Shown: positions 38,501 through 63,714 of the stretch, one piece after another
Layout: every line of letters begins with the position of its first letter
Numbering within the stretch: position 1 is the stretch's first letter
The notes under the pieces: generated by a model
Database searches by the model: none
What the model was told of the DNA's origin: nothing
The model's input: only the letters and a program-made list of their open reading frames with translations
Assembly: GCF_009914755.1 (NCBI RefSeq)
Contig: NC_060926.1
Direction: 5' to 3' (one strand)
Length of the DNA: 64,000 nt
Origin: the human T2T-CHM13v2.0 reference genome, Homo sapiens
Made by a program: the position numbers and the translations under genes

Positions 38501-40560
38501 TGGCAGGGGACAGGCATTGTTCAGGAGTGAAGGAATGGCCTGAGCCAGAAATGCCCCGGTTTGGAACAGGGCTCAGGACGGGCCCCTCATGGCGTTTCCT
38601 GAAATTGGGTTTCCATCGTTATCAAATTTAGAATGACACTGATTGGCCCAGTGTTTTCCTTTTTTGCATTTTGGACATATTCCAGGCTCGGCAGTTTTCT
38701 TTTTTCCCTCAACTGGCTGCATGACTTGCTGATTTTTTCTACGTTCTTTTTTAGTATGACCATGCTTCCCACAGTTAAAACAAGCTCCAGGAGATGGAGT
38801 ATTTCCTTTACCCATTTTCAGTCCTGCCATGGCTTGTGCCAACAAAGTAGCTTTATGCAGATTACCTCCGATACCATCACAGGCCTTGATATAATCAACT
38901 AAATACACTTTCCCTCTAATAGGTCACACAGCAGCCTGGCACTCAGGATTGGCATTGTCGAAAGCTAGTAACTGCAACACTATATCCTAAGCAGCCGAAT
39001 CTGCAATCATCTTTTTAAGAGACTCCTGTAACCGAGCTATAAAATCTGCATACAGAAACAACAGGTGCTGGAGAGGATGTGGAGAAATAGGAATGCTTTT
39101 ACAGTGTTGGTGGGAGTGTAAACTAGTTCAACCATTGTGGAAGACAGTGTGGCGATTCCTCAAGGATCTAGAACTAGAAATACCATTTGACCCAGCGATC
39201 CCATTACTGGGTATGTACCCAAAGGATTATAAATCATGCTACTTTAAAGACACATGCACACATATGTTTATTGCGGCATTATTCACAATAGCAAAGACTT
39301 GGAACCAACCCAAATGTCCATCAATGATAGACTGGATTAAGAAAATGTGGCACGTATACACCATGGAATACTATGCAGCCATAAAAAAAGATGAGTTCAT
39401 GTCCTTTGTAGTGATATGGATGAAGCTGGAAACCATCATTCTGAGCAAACTGTCACAAGGACAGAAAGCCAAACACCGCATGTTCTCACTCATAGGTGGG
39501 AACTGACAATGAGAACACTTGGACACAGGGTGGGAAACATCACACACCGGGGCCTGTCATGGGATGTGGGGATGGGGGAGGGATTGCATTAGGAGAAATA
39601 TCTAATGTAAATGACGAGTTAATGGGTGCAGCAAACCAACATGGCACATGTATACATATGTAACAAACCTGCATGTTGTACACATGTACCCTAGAACTTA
39701 AAGTATAATTTTAAAAAAATCTGCATACAGTTCTTTTGGTTCCTGTTTTACAGCACTAAAGGAAGGGTATTGTTCTCCTCCTGAAGTGATTTTTTCCCAA
39801 GCTCTGATGCACACTCCTCTAAGCTATTCTATGGCATCATCCTGCATGACCACTTGTGCATCTAAACCAGCCCAGCCGCTGACCCCCAAAAGATGGTCTG
39901 CAGTTATATTAATTTGAGGTTGGGCCTGGGCGTTGCAAGCAGCCTGAATGGAAGCTTCATCTGCCCACCAAGTTTTAAATTGTAAGAACTGAGCAGGAGT
40001 TAGATAAGCTTGAGTAAGAGCATCCCAGTCAGTAGGAATCATCCAACTGGAGACAGCAACATTCTTTAACAGTCCCATTACAAAAGGAGAACTTGGTCCA
40101 TACTGATTTATAGCTTGTTTAAATTCTTTGAGTAATTTAAAAGGAAAAGGCTCAAATGTAGCTATAATATTTCCCTGTTGATCTGGGGGGGGTGTATTCT
40201 AACAGGGAACTGCCAAGCCTCTATATTACCCTCTCATCTAGCTTGCTGAATTCCTGCCTAAATACAACTGAGAGTGGTAGCTCAAGATGCTGCTCGAACA
40301 GTCACTGGGGCAACTACTTTTTGCCCAGTGTCCTCTGGAAAAGAAAGATCTGGAGGGTCAGGCCAATCTTTTTCTTCAAAATAATGAAGGGGTGCAGAAA
40401 GGTAGGGACAAACCTCTCCCTTCTTTGCCGCTTTAGCTTTAGCTGGCAAACAAACCTGCTCTGTTACCTCTTCTGTTACTTCATTATACTCTCCTTCCTC
40501 CTCATCATCAGTGTGAAAAGGTTCCAAGGTGGAACCAACCAGAGCCCACACTTGTCCCAT
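38500..40560 (-). pseudogene. gag: HERV gag remnant (interrupted by L1, frameshifted)
   Basis: ORFs 40282..40560, 39824..40078 (capsid QFLQFKTWW) and 38573..38908 (zinc knuckles CFNCGKHGH and CPKCKKGKHWANQC). Boundaries approximate. Confidence 0.85.
39056..39719 (+). mobile_element. 5'-truncated L1PA (approx. PA5/PA6) inserted in HERV gag
   Basis: ORF2 C-terminus (ORF 39093..39506), 3' UTR, and 15-bp TSD AAAATCTGCATACAG at 39041-39055 and 39716-39730. Confidence 0.93.
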
Positions 40561-40689
40561 TGTTACCTTGATGCTTCTGAGCTCCCCTTCTTACTCACCA
40601 TGGGGATTGTTTAAGAGTACTTGGGTGTCCTCCAGCATAGTTCCATGTTCTCCAACCATCGCTCTGGTGACCCTTCGACCCGGGTTCGA

Positions 40690-40708
40690 GCCACACATAT
40701 GGGTGCCA
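40690..40708 (-). other. Primer binding site, tRNA-Lys type
   Basis: TGGCACCCATATGTGTGGC starts 2 nt after the LTR end and resembles the tRNA-Lys PBS TGGCGCCCAACGTGGGGC. Confidence 0.75.
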
Positions 40709-40710
40709 CT

Positions 40711-41192
40711 TGCTGAGACCAGCTCGGTTGTGGAGACCCAAACCCAGCGGTGCTAGAGGAATTAAAGACACATACACACAGAAATATAAAGTGTAGAGTG
40801 GGAAATCAGGGGGCTAACAGACTTCAGAGCTGAGAGCCACGAACAGAGTTTTACCCACATATTTATTGACAGCAAGCCAGTGATAAGCAGTGTTTCTATA
40901 GATTATAGATTAACTAAAACGGGAAACAAAGGGATGGGCTTGGCTAGTTATCTGCAGCAGGAACATGTCCTTAAGGCACAGATCACTCATTCTATTGTTT
41001 GTGGTTCAGGAATGCCTTAAGCAGTTTTCTGCCCTGGGTCGGCCAGCTGTTCCTTGCCCTCATTCTGGTAAACCAACAACCTTCAGCATGGGCATCATAG
41101 CCATCATGAGCATGTCACAGTGCTGCAGAGATTTTGTTTATGGCCAGTTTTGGGGCCTGTTTATGGCCAGATTTGGGGGCCCGTTCCCAACA
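40711..41192 (-). mobile_element. 5' LTR (MER9 family)
   Basis: TGTTGGGAACGGGCCCCC...CTCAGCA termini, AATAAA at 40867-40862, followed by the PBS. Confidence 0.92.
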
Positions 41193-41936
41193 GGTTCTTG
41201 GTTGGAGACATCAGGGCAACACGTCACCAACAGGAAAAAAACACTGAGGGGAGCTTCCCATTGGTGCTTAGGAATGAACAAAAAATTATCAACTGTAAAC
41301 TGTTTCCCTCAGAGAAAACAGTGTCACAAAAATCTTTTTTAAATGCTTGGGTGTTTTCTGTATTGTGTTTTCACTTAGCTTAGAAAGGACAATGCCTGCC
41401 AGGCTGTAATCAATGTTGTTACATCAGGCTCTAAGGACAGTTATGAACAGTCTTCTCTCCTGAGATGTTTCAAATAACACATCCTGATGCAACTTTATCA
41501 AATAAGGCAGCTGCAGACTCTCCAAGGCCACATAATACTGTGTTTTCCTAAGGATTAGGTTGCATAATTCCAGAGATATCTGTGGTTTGAAGCAAATGAA
41601 TTATCAACAGAAGAGTCATATGTCAATGAGCGGAATGGAAAAACAAGGTAGAGGCAGTCTTTCATCTGAGGAGAAATGCAGGGTCTCCCTTCAGGATGAA
41701 CAGATGGTTCACCCATCTTCCCCAGGAAAATGAAACCACAGCTGTGGGTCTGAGTGCCGATGCTGGATGAAAGTTGGAAGCTGTCTCTGGAAAGCAGGCT
41801 TCCCCAAGGCTGGATGAGTCAGGCCAGGGTGCTGCTCTTCTGGTAAAGTCAGAATTCCACTAAGCAAGTAATAAGCCCATTGGTGTGAAGTGTCAACATG
41901 TATGTAACAAAGAAAAGATTTTACAATCTTCTAAAG

Positions 41937-42508
<572 letters not shown>

Positions 42509-43684
42509 TTCTAAAGAGAAGAAAGAGAAATATAGAGAGAGGATTAAAATCAAAATGATTTCAGTCTTCTCAAGAGTAACCCTAAAAGCCCAAAGACCAA
42601 CAGAGCAATGCTTTAAAAACTCCAAAGGAAAATTATTTCCAAACTAGAATTCTGTTCCAGGACAAATTCACTAATTCATGTGATAATAGAAAGAAAGATA
42701 TTTTGGATCTAGAAAGTCTCAAAAAACTTATCTCCCATTCACTTTTCTCAGAAAGCTGCTAGAGGATGTGCTCCATTAAAACAAAAGAGTAAGCTCAGAA
42801 AGGATGTAAAAAATGAAAGGTGCAACATAGGACAGCTACAAAGGAATATGGGGAAGGGGATCCCAGGATGTTTGCAGGGCTTTCTGACTTACCTGAGACA
42901 GGAGCAGGTCAGAAGTTTCCAGGAAAGAGTTCTTCATGAAAAATAATTGATAGACTCTCTGATAAGAACTACCAATTAAGAGGATATTTAGGGTTGAATT
43001 AATGATAAGTACAGACAGAACTAAGGCAGCAAGCAATGGATAATTATTAACTCCATTATTATTCAAGAAAGTAAAGTAATCTTGGGTGATTACACAACTC
43101 AGCTGTAAACAGTGTTTGCATAGTATCTGATCTGAGACCAAACCATTTTTTGTGATGTAATTCACAGTCTCTAGGAAGAAATCTCTGGCATCCTGATAGA
43201 AAAATCTTGTACTTAAAAACAAACAAATAACAACTTTAATGTGATTAAGACTTACACTGAGACACCAGTCCCCTACACACCCAGCTGACTGTCAGCCCAG
43301 AGTTTAGTGATCTTTAACCAAATATTCTTTCCTTTTTGTATTGTTGGGAAATTTAAAATGTCTACAAAACATCAAAAAGAAAGAAACCAGAGTACCATGG
43401 ACAAAGGCTCATCATCTGCAAAGATATTTTATATGCAGAGAGAAATTCCACCCTACTTAGGCAGCCAAGAAGTAACAATCCTTTTTTCTTTCTTTCTTTT
43501 CATTCTCAAAGGAGGTGAGAAGTTACATTCCTTTTCTACTGCCCTATTTTTAGCCATTACATACATATGTTCTCTATTAACAGTAACCTGTCCTCCTATG
43601 AGAAGAATTAACAGAGCCATTTGCTGTACATTCTTTCACAGTTTAGCCTAAATTCACCTTTATCAAAAGGAATAATAATGGCAT

Positions 43685-43891
43685 GGGCAACATGGTCAGA
43701 CCTCATATCTAAAAACAATTTAAAAGTTACCAAGGTGTGGTGGCACATACTTGTGTTCCCAGCTACTTAGGAGACTGAGGTGGGTGGATCACTTGAGCCC
43801 AGGAGGTGGAGGCTGCAGTGAGCTGTGATTGTGCTGCTGCACTCCAGCCTGGGTGACAGAGCAAGACCCTGTCTCAAAAAAAAAAAAAAAA
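43685..43891 (+). mobile_element. Partial AluJ
   Basis: Right arm with poly(A). Confidence 0.85.
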
Positions 43892-44329
43892 GAAGGAATA
43901 ATAAAATTTATCTCTGCGACAAGCAGATGAAGATAGAGACAGAAAGGTGCTCAGAGGTTAAACTTCCACAGTGAATGGAACATAGAGACATTATTTTCCT
44001 AGGTGTTTATTTACATTTCAAAAAGATGGCTCTCAGATTTCTGAAAAAAACAATCTGGGTTGTAAAGTGACAAAAGGCTAACTCAGGAAGATATAAAAAT
44101 AAAATTTTATATACTTTTCACTGGGTGGGACCATCCCGCCCAGTGCAAACTGCAAAATACTTAGCAGTCTTTGCCCAGCCCCTTCCCAATATACCAGTAA
44201 TGTCTAACCCCAACCCCCTACCCCGGGCATTGTAGCAATAACAAAAGAAAGAGAATGAGGAGAAGGGAGGGAGGGAAGAAAACTGCCCTCACATATTTTC
44301 AAATACCTCCTGGAAAAGGAAGGCCAAGC

Positions 44330-44456
44330 TAGAATGACCAACTCATCCCAATTTGCCTGGGACTTTTCAAGTTTAATTTTACCAGTTTTGGCACTAAAAG
44401 CCTCATGTCCCAGAAAATCCACTAGTTCCAGGCAAACCAGGACAGTTGGTCAACTG
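44330..44456. mobile_element. MER96-like MITE
   Basis: Inverted termini TGACCAACT...AGTTGGTCA. Confidence 0.6.
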
Positions 44457-44645
44457 AACACCCCATGACATATGCACACATGCACATGTGTGTGCCAACC
44501 ATCTAATTATGTATGTGTGCCACTTAGGAAAAAATTAAAACTTAAAATAAAAAGATAGGCTTTAACATTGAAGACATCTGGGTTTGTATTATGGTCCTGT
44601 CCCTCACCAGTTTTGTGACCTAGGGCAAGTTTCTGTTGATGAATT

Positions 44646-45096
44646 ACAATCATCCCTCGGTATCCTGAGGGACTGGGTCCAGGAGCTACCCCCCATACCC
44701 AAATCCACGGATGCTCAAGTCCCTGATACAAGATGATGTAGGGTTTGCATATAACCTATGCACAACTTCATGTATACTTTAAATCATCTCTGGATGACTT
44801 ATAATACCTAATACAATGTAAATGATATGTTAATAGTTGTACTGTTTAGGGAATAATGACAAGAAAAAAAAGTCTGTGCTTTTTCAGTACACATAAGTTT
44901 TTTTTTCTTTTTAAGACAAGGTTTCACTGTGTTGCCTAGGCTAGAGTGTTGTGGTGCATAGCTCACTGTGGCTTCAAACTCCCGGGCTCTAGCTATCTTC
45001 CTGCCTCAGCCTCCCAAGATGCAATTTTTTTCCCGAATATTTTCCATTCACATTCAATCCACCAATGCAGAAACCATGGCTATGGAGGGCCAACTA
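44646..45096. mobile_element. MER2 (Tigger) with nested Alu monomer (~44898-45017)
   Basis: TA-CAATCATCCCTCGGTATCC start, GGAGGGCCAACTA-TA end. Confidence 0.75.
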
Positions 45097-45176
45097 TACT
45101 ATCAACAACTCTGGTTGCCACTTCTCTTGTCTGTTCTAGGGAATTAAAATGATGCAACCTGTCAGGGCTGGTGTGA

Positions 45177-45565
<389 letters not shown>

Positions 45566-45645
45566 GATATTTTTTATTTCTTCTTTAGCGAAATTAGCTT
45601 ATTGTGTTCTTAACTAATTTTCTGTATCTGAATTAGAAAAGGAGC

Positions 45646-45979
45646 TGATATGGTTTGGCTGTGTCCCTGCCCAAGTCTCATCTTGAATTGTAGTTCCCAT
45701 AATCCCCACATTCCCATTACCTCCATGCTGCTGTTCTATGATAGTGAGTGAGTTCTCACAAGATCTGATGGTTTCATAAGGGGCTTTTCCCTCTTTGCTT
45801 GGCACTTCTCCTTCCTGCCATCATATGAAGAGGATGTGTTTGCTTCCCCTTCTGCCATGATTGTAAGTTTCCTGAGGCCTCCCCAGCCATGCGGAACTGC
45901 GAGTCAATTAAACCTCTTCCTTTACAAATTACCAAGTCTCAGGCAGTTCTTTATAGCACTGTGATAATGGACTAATACA
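45646..45979. mobile_element. THE1/MSTA-type MaLR solo LTR
   Basis: TGATATGGTTTGGCTG...GGACTAATACA with 5-bp TSD GGAGC. Confidence 0.88.
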
Positions 45980-46551
45980 GGAGCCTTTGTGAACAAGGAC
46001 AATGTCTTTGCATCCTGGTTTTATAGTTCTTAATGCAGTGGCTGCAGATAGAGGATTCAGTAGGATTTGTTAGTTGCTATATCATCTTTCTCAATCTGTA
46101 AAGTGCTGATATTGTACAGATAATAGAATGGGACATGAATAACTTTTATAGAATATAAATCTTCAAATTCAGTAATTTACTAGTACGGTGCACAGCCAAT
46201 GTGCTTGGGGGCAGCTCCGGCTGATGAATTACCTCCCATGGCCTGGCTCTCTTGGTGACTTAAGTGCCCCCAAACTAGGGAATAGTTTAGCTGAGTTAGA
46301 GACAATTTGGGCAGGAAAATTAGGGAGTTTGGGTGTAGGAGAAGGTTCAGTTGTCCAGGAAAGGAAAGGAGACAATAACTTTCATGACAGAGAGACAATT
46401 CTAGGGTTAAGATGATGCCAGAAAGTTAGCAAGTGACTTTCCTAAAGCCATTTCATACAGTATATGGGGCTGGCTGCCATCTTACCCTTTTTCTCATCAA
46501 AATTTTTCAATTAAAATGTGAAACACTGACTTTTATCAAAGAAGTTAATGT

Positions 46552-46738
46552 TAGGGTTGCCAGATAAAATATAGGAAGCCCAGATAATTTTGAATTTTAA
46601 ATAAACAGTTAATAATTTGTTAGTGTAAATGTGTTCTAAATATTGTGTGGGACTTATACTAAAAAATTATTTGTCATTTCTCTGGAATTCAAATTTAACC
46701 TGGGCTTCCTACATTTTGTTTGCTAAATCTGGCAACGC
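46552..46738. mobile_element. MER53-like MITE
   Basis: TIRs GGTTGCCAGAT...ATCTGGCAAC. Confidence 0.75.
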
Positions 46739-46876
46739 CAGTCAGTGAAAAATAAAATTCACTTCACAGAAAACCCACAGCATGGCTAATGTCCATGAGA
46801 ATACCTTTAAAGAAACACGGCCCTTGATCCACACAGACATACACTACATATTATAAATGCAGGTCAAAATTCTTCC

Positions 46877-46902
46877 TTTAATGTGATTCATGTTATTTTA
46901 AT
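46877..46902 (-). terminator. Candidate LYG1 polyadenylation signals (two ATTAAA)
   Basis: ATTAAA at 46902-46897 and 46882-46877, about 110-135 nt past the stop. Confidence 0.5.
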
Positions 46903-47012
46903 GACTTTTAGGTCAAACTCAGATTCCCAGTTACAGGTGCCCTTGGCTAGTTTTATCTGTGTAACATTTGAGGCTGCATATGTGATCATGGTCTTGGGTT
47001 TCATCTGAGATG

Positions 47013-58280
<11,268 letters not shown>

Positions 58281-59443
58281 GATGACGATCTGGCTCTACG
58301 GCTCCTGAAACACTTTTAAAACAAAAATTAGCTTGAGAATACAAAAATATCAGTCATCATCATAACCACATGTAATATTTCCACAGAAGCAGGGGTGAAA
58401 AGAACAAATTTCCCCATATCTGACCTAAGAAAATGAATTATTTGAATCATAGTGAAAAAAAAGCAAAAGTAGGACAAGTAAGTGCTCCATTCATCCTTTC
58501 AATTAATCTAAAAATGAGAAGACTCTTACTCAGCCCACAGGAACTCAACATACAGTCAAGTTACTAACTACTTTATTTCAAGAAGGCAAGACACTTTGAA
58601 TCTCAACCACCAAGAAACATACTGACCTGGCTCCAGACCCTGAAAAGCAAATTTCTGATGCCCATACCTCATCCCAAGAGCCTTTTTATTATCTCCATTA
58701 TCAAAAGGAGAATTTTGTATTGGTGACTTCTTGGAATTTAGGTCCCTTCTTCTTCAGGTTTGAGGAAAGACCACGCTTTCCTCAGTGCCCTGGAATGTAC
58801 ACTGGTTGGAAGACGTTTCCCACTGCTCTAACCCCAGCCTGGAATCACAGACCCCCTTTATCACCTTGAGCCATGTTCCCCATTCCCCCTCTGTAAAACC
58901 CCAATGCGGCAACAAACCTGGACCAGAGCCCAGGGAGAATGGAGCTACCTCCACCAGCAAATCCCCAAGAAGCTGGCTCATGGGCAGGGGTCCCAGGATT
59001 GAACTCATGAGGTGCTCACAAGACTGGAGAATGAACACGTGGCCAACATGGAGCACCCGCTCATGTGCTCTCTCTCTCTCTTATCCCAACCATTCCCCTA
59101 ATCACCTTCCATGAGTACAAACAGCCCTGGTTCTCCTACTGGCTACCAAACCAATACACAAATACCACCAAGGATAGTTTGCTGTTAACCTCAGGGAATG
59201 GTAGAGTTTCTGGACCTTTGCCTCCAAAGCGCCTCCCACCAAGCCCTGCCACTCCAGGGTGTATGTCATCATTGCCCCAGTCAGCAGAGCCTGGCAGCCT
59301 AGCATTTTGAATTATTACTGTCATTACATGTAGGAATGTGCATATAAACAAGGCACTTGGTACTTTCATAATGCTTCTCTCATCTCTTTTGTTTTGAGGT
59401 TAACCTTATGGGTTGTTTCTTTCAAACACCCAGGAAGAGATCA

Positions 59444-59644
<201 letters not shown>

Positions 59645-60324
59645 TTATTCGATTTCTGTCTTCTTAAACTGAGGGGGCATATGCCCTTCAGTTGCAGTCA
59701 TGCTTTTTGTTATTCTCTCTACAACATTGAGATGGTCTGTCCGATTTTGCTTAGTTGAGCACAAAATGTCATGGTCAGTCCCAACACCAAAAAGATTCAG
59801 GGACCTGGAATCTTAGCTGGGTCTGCAGGAACGCTCAGATTTAATCACCCAACAGGAGTCATTTATTCAGCATCCTGAGCCTCCAGCAGTAAACAAGAGA
59901 GGACAACCAATCCCAGGAGAAAAGAATGGACAAAGAGCTGCTTGGGTATAGGAAAAGCTCATGGTCTCATGAAAGTGCATCACTGGCTTTATGGAAGGAC
60001 CCTTCAGGAAAAAGCACTGCTCACATTCAAATGCTCCACCCAGGGTATTTCACTCTTTTTGCTGCTTTTCCAGGAAAGAAAAAATACTTCCTCTTGGAAA
60101 CCCAAGTGGAAGGACTCAGCTTTTATTGTAACAGGAGAGCTACCTTATTTTCCATGCTTGGAACTAAATATCTGTGTTGAGAAGTCACTTTAATGAAAGA
60201 GTCTATGTAAATACATGTGCCACTTAATGGGAACACAGAATTACTTTCTAGTTGCTCCTGGGACCAGGTCATCAAGGTAAAGTTTTTCAATTTCATCAGG
60301 GAAGAGCAAGAAGTGACAATGGAA

Positions 60325-60625
<301 letters not shown>

Positions 60626-61529
60626 GGAATTCTTAAATGGATGAACAATGTCATTTTGTCCATAAATACAGCATATTGAAGCAACCCAAACTCTATGGCC
60701 CAACTTTACAAGTGACGAAAAGTACTCTGTGTTTAGAAGAGATTGTTGAGACATCACTCGGGTGTGCTCAAAGAGTGTCTGTCAGTTCCCTATGACTCAT
60801 TTGTTAATTCCCCTGTGGCTCCCTGCTTAAAACCATTATGAAGATGTCAGACCAAGGCAGCACAGTGGTCATGATGTCAAGCACAATGTTTATGGTAGCA
60901 TCCCTCTTCTCCCTTCCCAGAGAGCAAAATAGTAACAAACAGCAAGGGGGTGTCAACAAGCTGGGGCAACAGGCCTGCCAGGCACACTGGAAACTGACAA
61001 CCAGAGCATCCCTCAGGAGCTACCTCATGTTCCTGGTGGCTTTGATGGGGACATCTTCCTCTACTCACCCTCTCTCCACTGAGTACTTTGGAATTCCCAA
61101 AGCACTGTGTAAGTTTGTAAGGCATAATGGACCATGTCTTCTTCAGTTCATCAATTTTTCTAGAAAAGGTAGAAACAGGTATCTTTGGTCTTATGGTTTT
61201 CTCACCTTAGAAACTTTTCCATGAATGCTCTCAATCTTTACCTTGAACAGTATCATTGCAGGTCATTGGGGCCCTCCATCCAGCCCAGAAATGTGACGTA
61301 TTAACACCTCAACGTGCCCAATGAAGGTGCCCCTGCCCCATTGTGGTGTCCCCATCTAATCCTGAGAGAACTGAGAACTCCTGTATGCATCCACATTAGG
61401 CATGGTCTCCTGCTCTAAGCTGTGTTGTCACCCTTGTTTATTGCTAACATGTCTCTGTGTCTACCTACTCATTGTGTGCCAACAGGCCTTTCTTTTTTTA
61501 ATTTTTTAATTTTAATTTTAATTACTTTT

Positions 61530-62323
61530 TGTTTTGTTGGGTTTTGCTTTGTTTTGTTTGAGACAAAGTCTCACTCTGTCGCCCAGGCTGGAGTGCAGTG
61601 GTGCGATCTCAGCTCAATGCAACCTCCGCCTCTTGAATTCAAGTGATTATCTTGCCTCAGCCTCCTGAGTAGCTGAGACTACAGGCACTCCACGCCCAGC
61701 TAATTTTTGTATTTTTAGTAGAGATGGGGTTTCACCATGTTGGCCAGGCTGGTTGAGAACTCCTGACCTCAGGTGATCCACCCACCTCAGCCTCCCAAAA
61801 TGCTGGGATCATAGGCATGAGCCACCGCGCCCAGCCCCTGGGTTTTTTTCTTTTTCTTTTCTTTTTGTTTTTTCTTTTTCTTTTTCTTTTTTTCTTTTTT
61901 TTTTTTTTTTAATCGAGACAAGGTCTCACTCTGTCTCCCAGGTGGGAGTGCAGTGGCCCAAAATTGTGGAATCATCTCACCATTATAAGCCTGTAAGAAT
62001 GTCTCATTAGATTACTCTTTAATTTTTAAAATTGTTTTAATTTTTTTTTTTTCAAAACATAGTCTGACTGTCACCTAGGCTGGAGTGAAGTGCTGTGATC
62101 TCGGCTCACTGCACCCTCGACCTGCCTGAGCTCAGGTGATTCTCCTGCCTCAGCCTCCTGAGTAGCTGGGATTACAGCCCTGTGCCACCACGCCCAGCTA
62201 ATTTTTGTATTTTTAGTAAAGACGGGGTTTCGCCATGTTGGCCAGGCTGGTCTCAAACTCCAGGGCTCAAGCAATCTGCCTGCCTCAGCCTCCCAAAGTG
62301 CTGGGAACCACCAACACCTGGCC
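61530..62323 (-). mobile_element. Alu cluster: AluS 61530-61836, Alu 3' fragment 61840-61958, Alu 62040-62323
   Basis: Consensus recognition. Confidence 0.85.
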
Positions 62324-62521
62324 TGTTTTAAAATTATTTTTAATTTTTTATTATTTTAACTTTTTAATTTTTTTAATTTTTGTTTTTTTTAAATTTTTAA
62401 ATATTTATTTTATTCCATTTTTAAAATGTTTAAGTTTTTAAATTTCTTAAAGGCCTTACCAGTAGCATCATGTCGTACTCATCCTCTTCTTGCTATTCTA
62501 ATCTTCTCCCTCCCTACATAT

Positions 62522-62570
62522 ATACACACACACGTACACACACACACGTACACACACACACATGCACGTA
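62522..62570 (+). repeat. Interrupted (CA)n microsatellite
   Basis: Direct read. Confidence 0.85.
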
Positions 62571-63659
62571 CAGCAACACTCCAGCCCATTGCCTCACAGA
62601 TTGCTATGCACCAACAGGCCTAAAATTAAAATAGTAATAGCAATGTAGTCACAAATATAAAATAATATAAAATTATTCTGCCACGAAGATCTTTTTTTTT
62701 TTGAGAAAAATACAACTTTTTAGAGCAAAAATATAGGGCAGCAACAGGAAGGCTCATTTTAAGCTGTTACGCTGCGTAGAGCTGCACCTTCACATGGCCT
62801 GTGAAAATACCTATTCACTGAATTTGGATTGTAATCAATAATTACCAGCCTAGAAGACCTCTGAAAGTTTGATCATTTTCTTCCCTCTGGGCAGGCAAAT
62901 CTTCCCTGCATAGAGACACTGTGAGCTGGAAGGGAGTTCCTTCTCTCAGTGCGTCCTCTGTGCCTGCTTTTCCCATTTGCGTTTTTGAGAGTTCAGAACT
63001 CCAGGAAGGATCATCCTATGCTGGAGATTTCCCCGTGAACGTTTCCTTCTGCACAGAGCAAATCAGGGAGACTTGGCCCCTCTGTTCCGTCTATGGACTC
63101 TAGAGGCGTATCTGTCTTTTTAGTCTGTTAGCCGAGGCTGTTAGACATGTTGGCCTTAGTTCTTACACAGCTTGCAGAGAAAATAAGATTGTTATAGAAC
63201 CAATACTCATGGTCTATGGGTTAATGTAGCATTGGCAAGACTGCCCATGAGGGCAGGCAAGGGATTTACCGTCTGGCAAAATACAAACACCTTAGTCTTT
63301 TGGCTTTCAGTTAACAAATATGACGTCGCATTTGGCCCTATTACAGCTACAGTTAAGTGCACACACATTTCTTTTCTCCCATTATTCGATTTGCACATGC
63401 TCACAAATCCAAAAGTAATGACATACTTGCATTAAAAGATATCTAAATTTTGATGAGTGTTGTAATGAACAGGAAAAATTATTCTATCATCTACAAATCT
63501 TTTCAAACTTGGGTTTTCTTTGCAAGGTCCTTAAGTTTCGCCTGAGTCCAATATTTCTTATGCAGCAGAGACACAATCATTGCCAACTGATCACCATACA
63601 CTGGATTTTCATCCTCAATAAGCCCGAGTGTAAGATCCATGCCTCTGCTTCACACTCAC

Positions 63660-63714
63660 CTGTCTTCAGTCAGTGCTCCTCCTTAGAGGTGGTGAGCCCA
63701 CAGCGATTTATATA
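63660..63714 (-). promoter_or_regulatory. LYG1: Candidate LYG1 core promoter: TATATAAA (63714-63707) and short non-coding first exon ending CAG|GTGAGT at 63660
   Basis: Consensus TATA and a strong donor 47 nt downstream, mirroring LYG2. Confidence 0.6.

Larger units (their letters stand above)
33300..41192 (-). mobile_element. HERV-K(HML-3)/HERVK9 provirus, LTR-gag-pro-pol-env-LTR, defective
   Basis: Two ~480-bp direct LTRs, TSD GGTTC (33295-33299 and 41193-41197), Lys-type PBS, PPT, and betaretroviral gag/dUTPase-pro/RT-RNaseH-IN/env fragments in the ORF track. Confidence 0.93.

Noticed and set aside
40680-40708. tRNA-like GGTTCGAGCC...CCA sequence
   Set aside because: It is the proviral primer binding site region, not a tRNA gene.
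58754-59369. Overlapping short ORFs upstream of the LYG1 ATG exon
   Set aside because: No homology recognised. This may be an old LTR or unique intronic DNA, and I cannot support a call.
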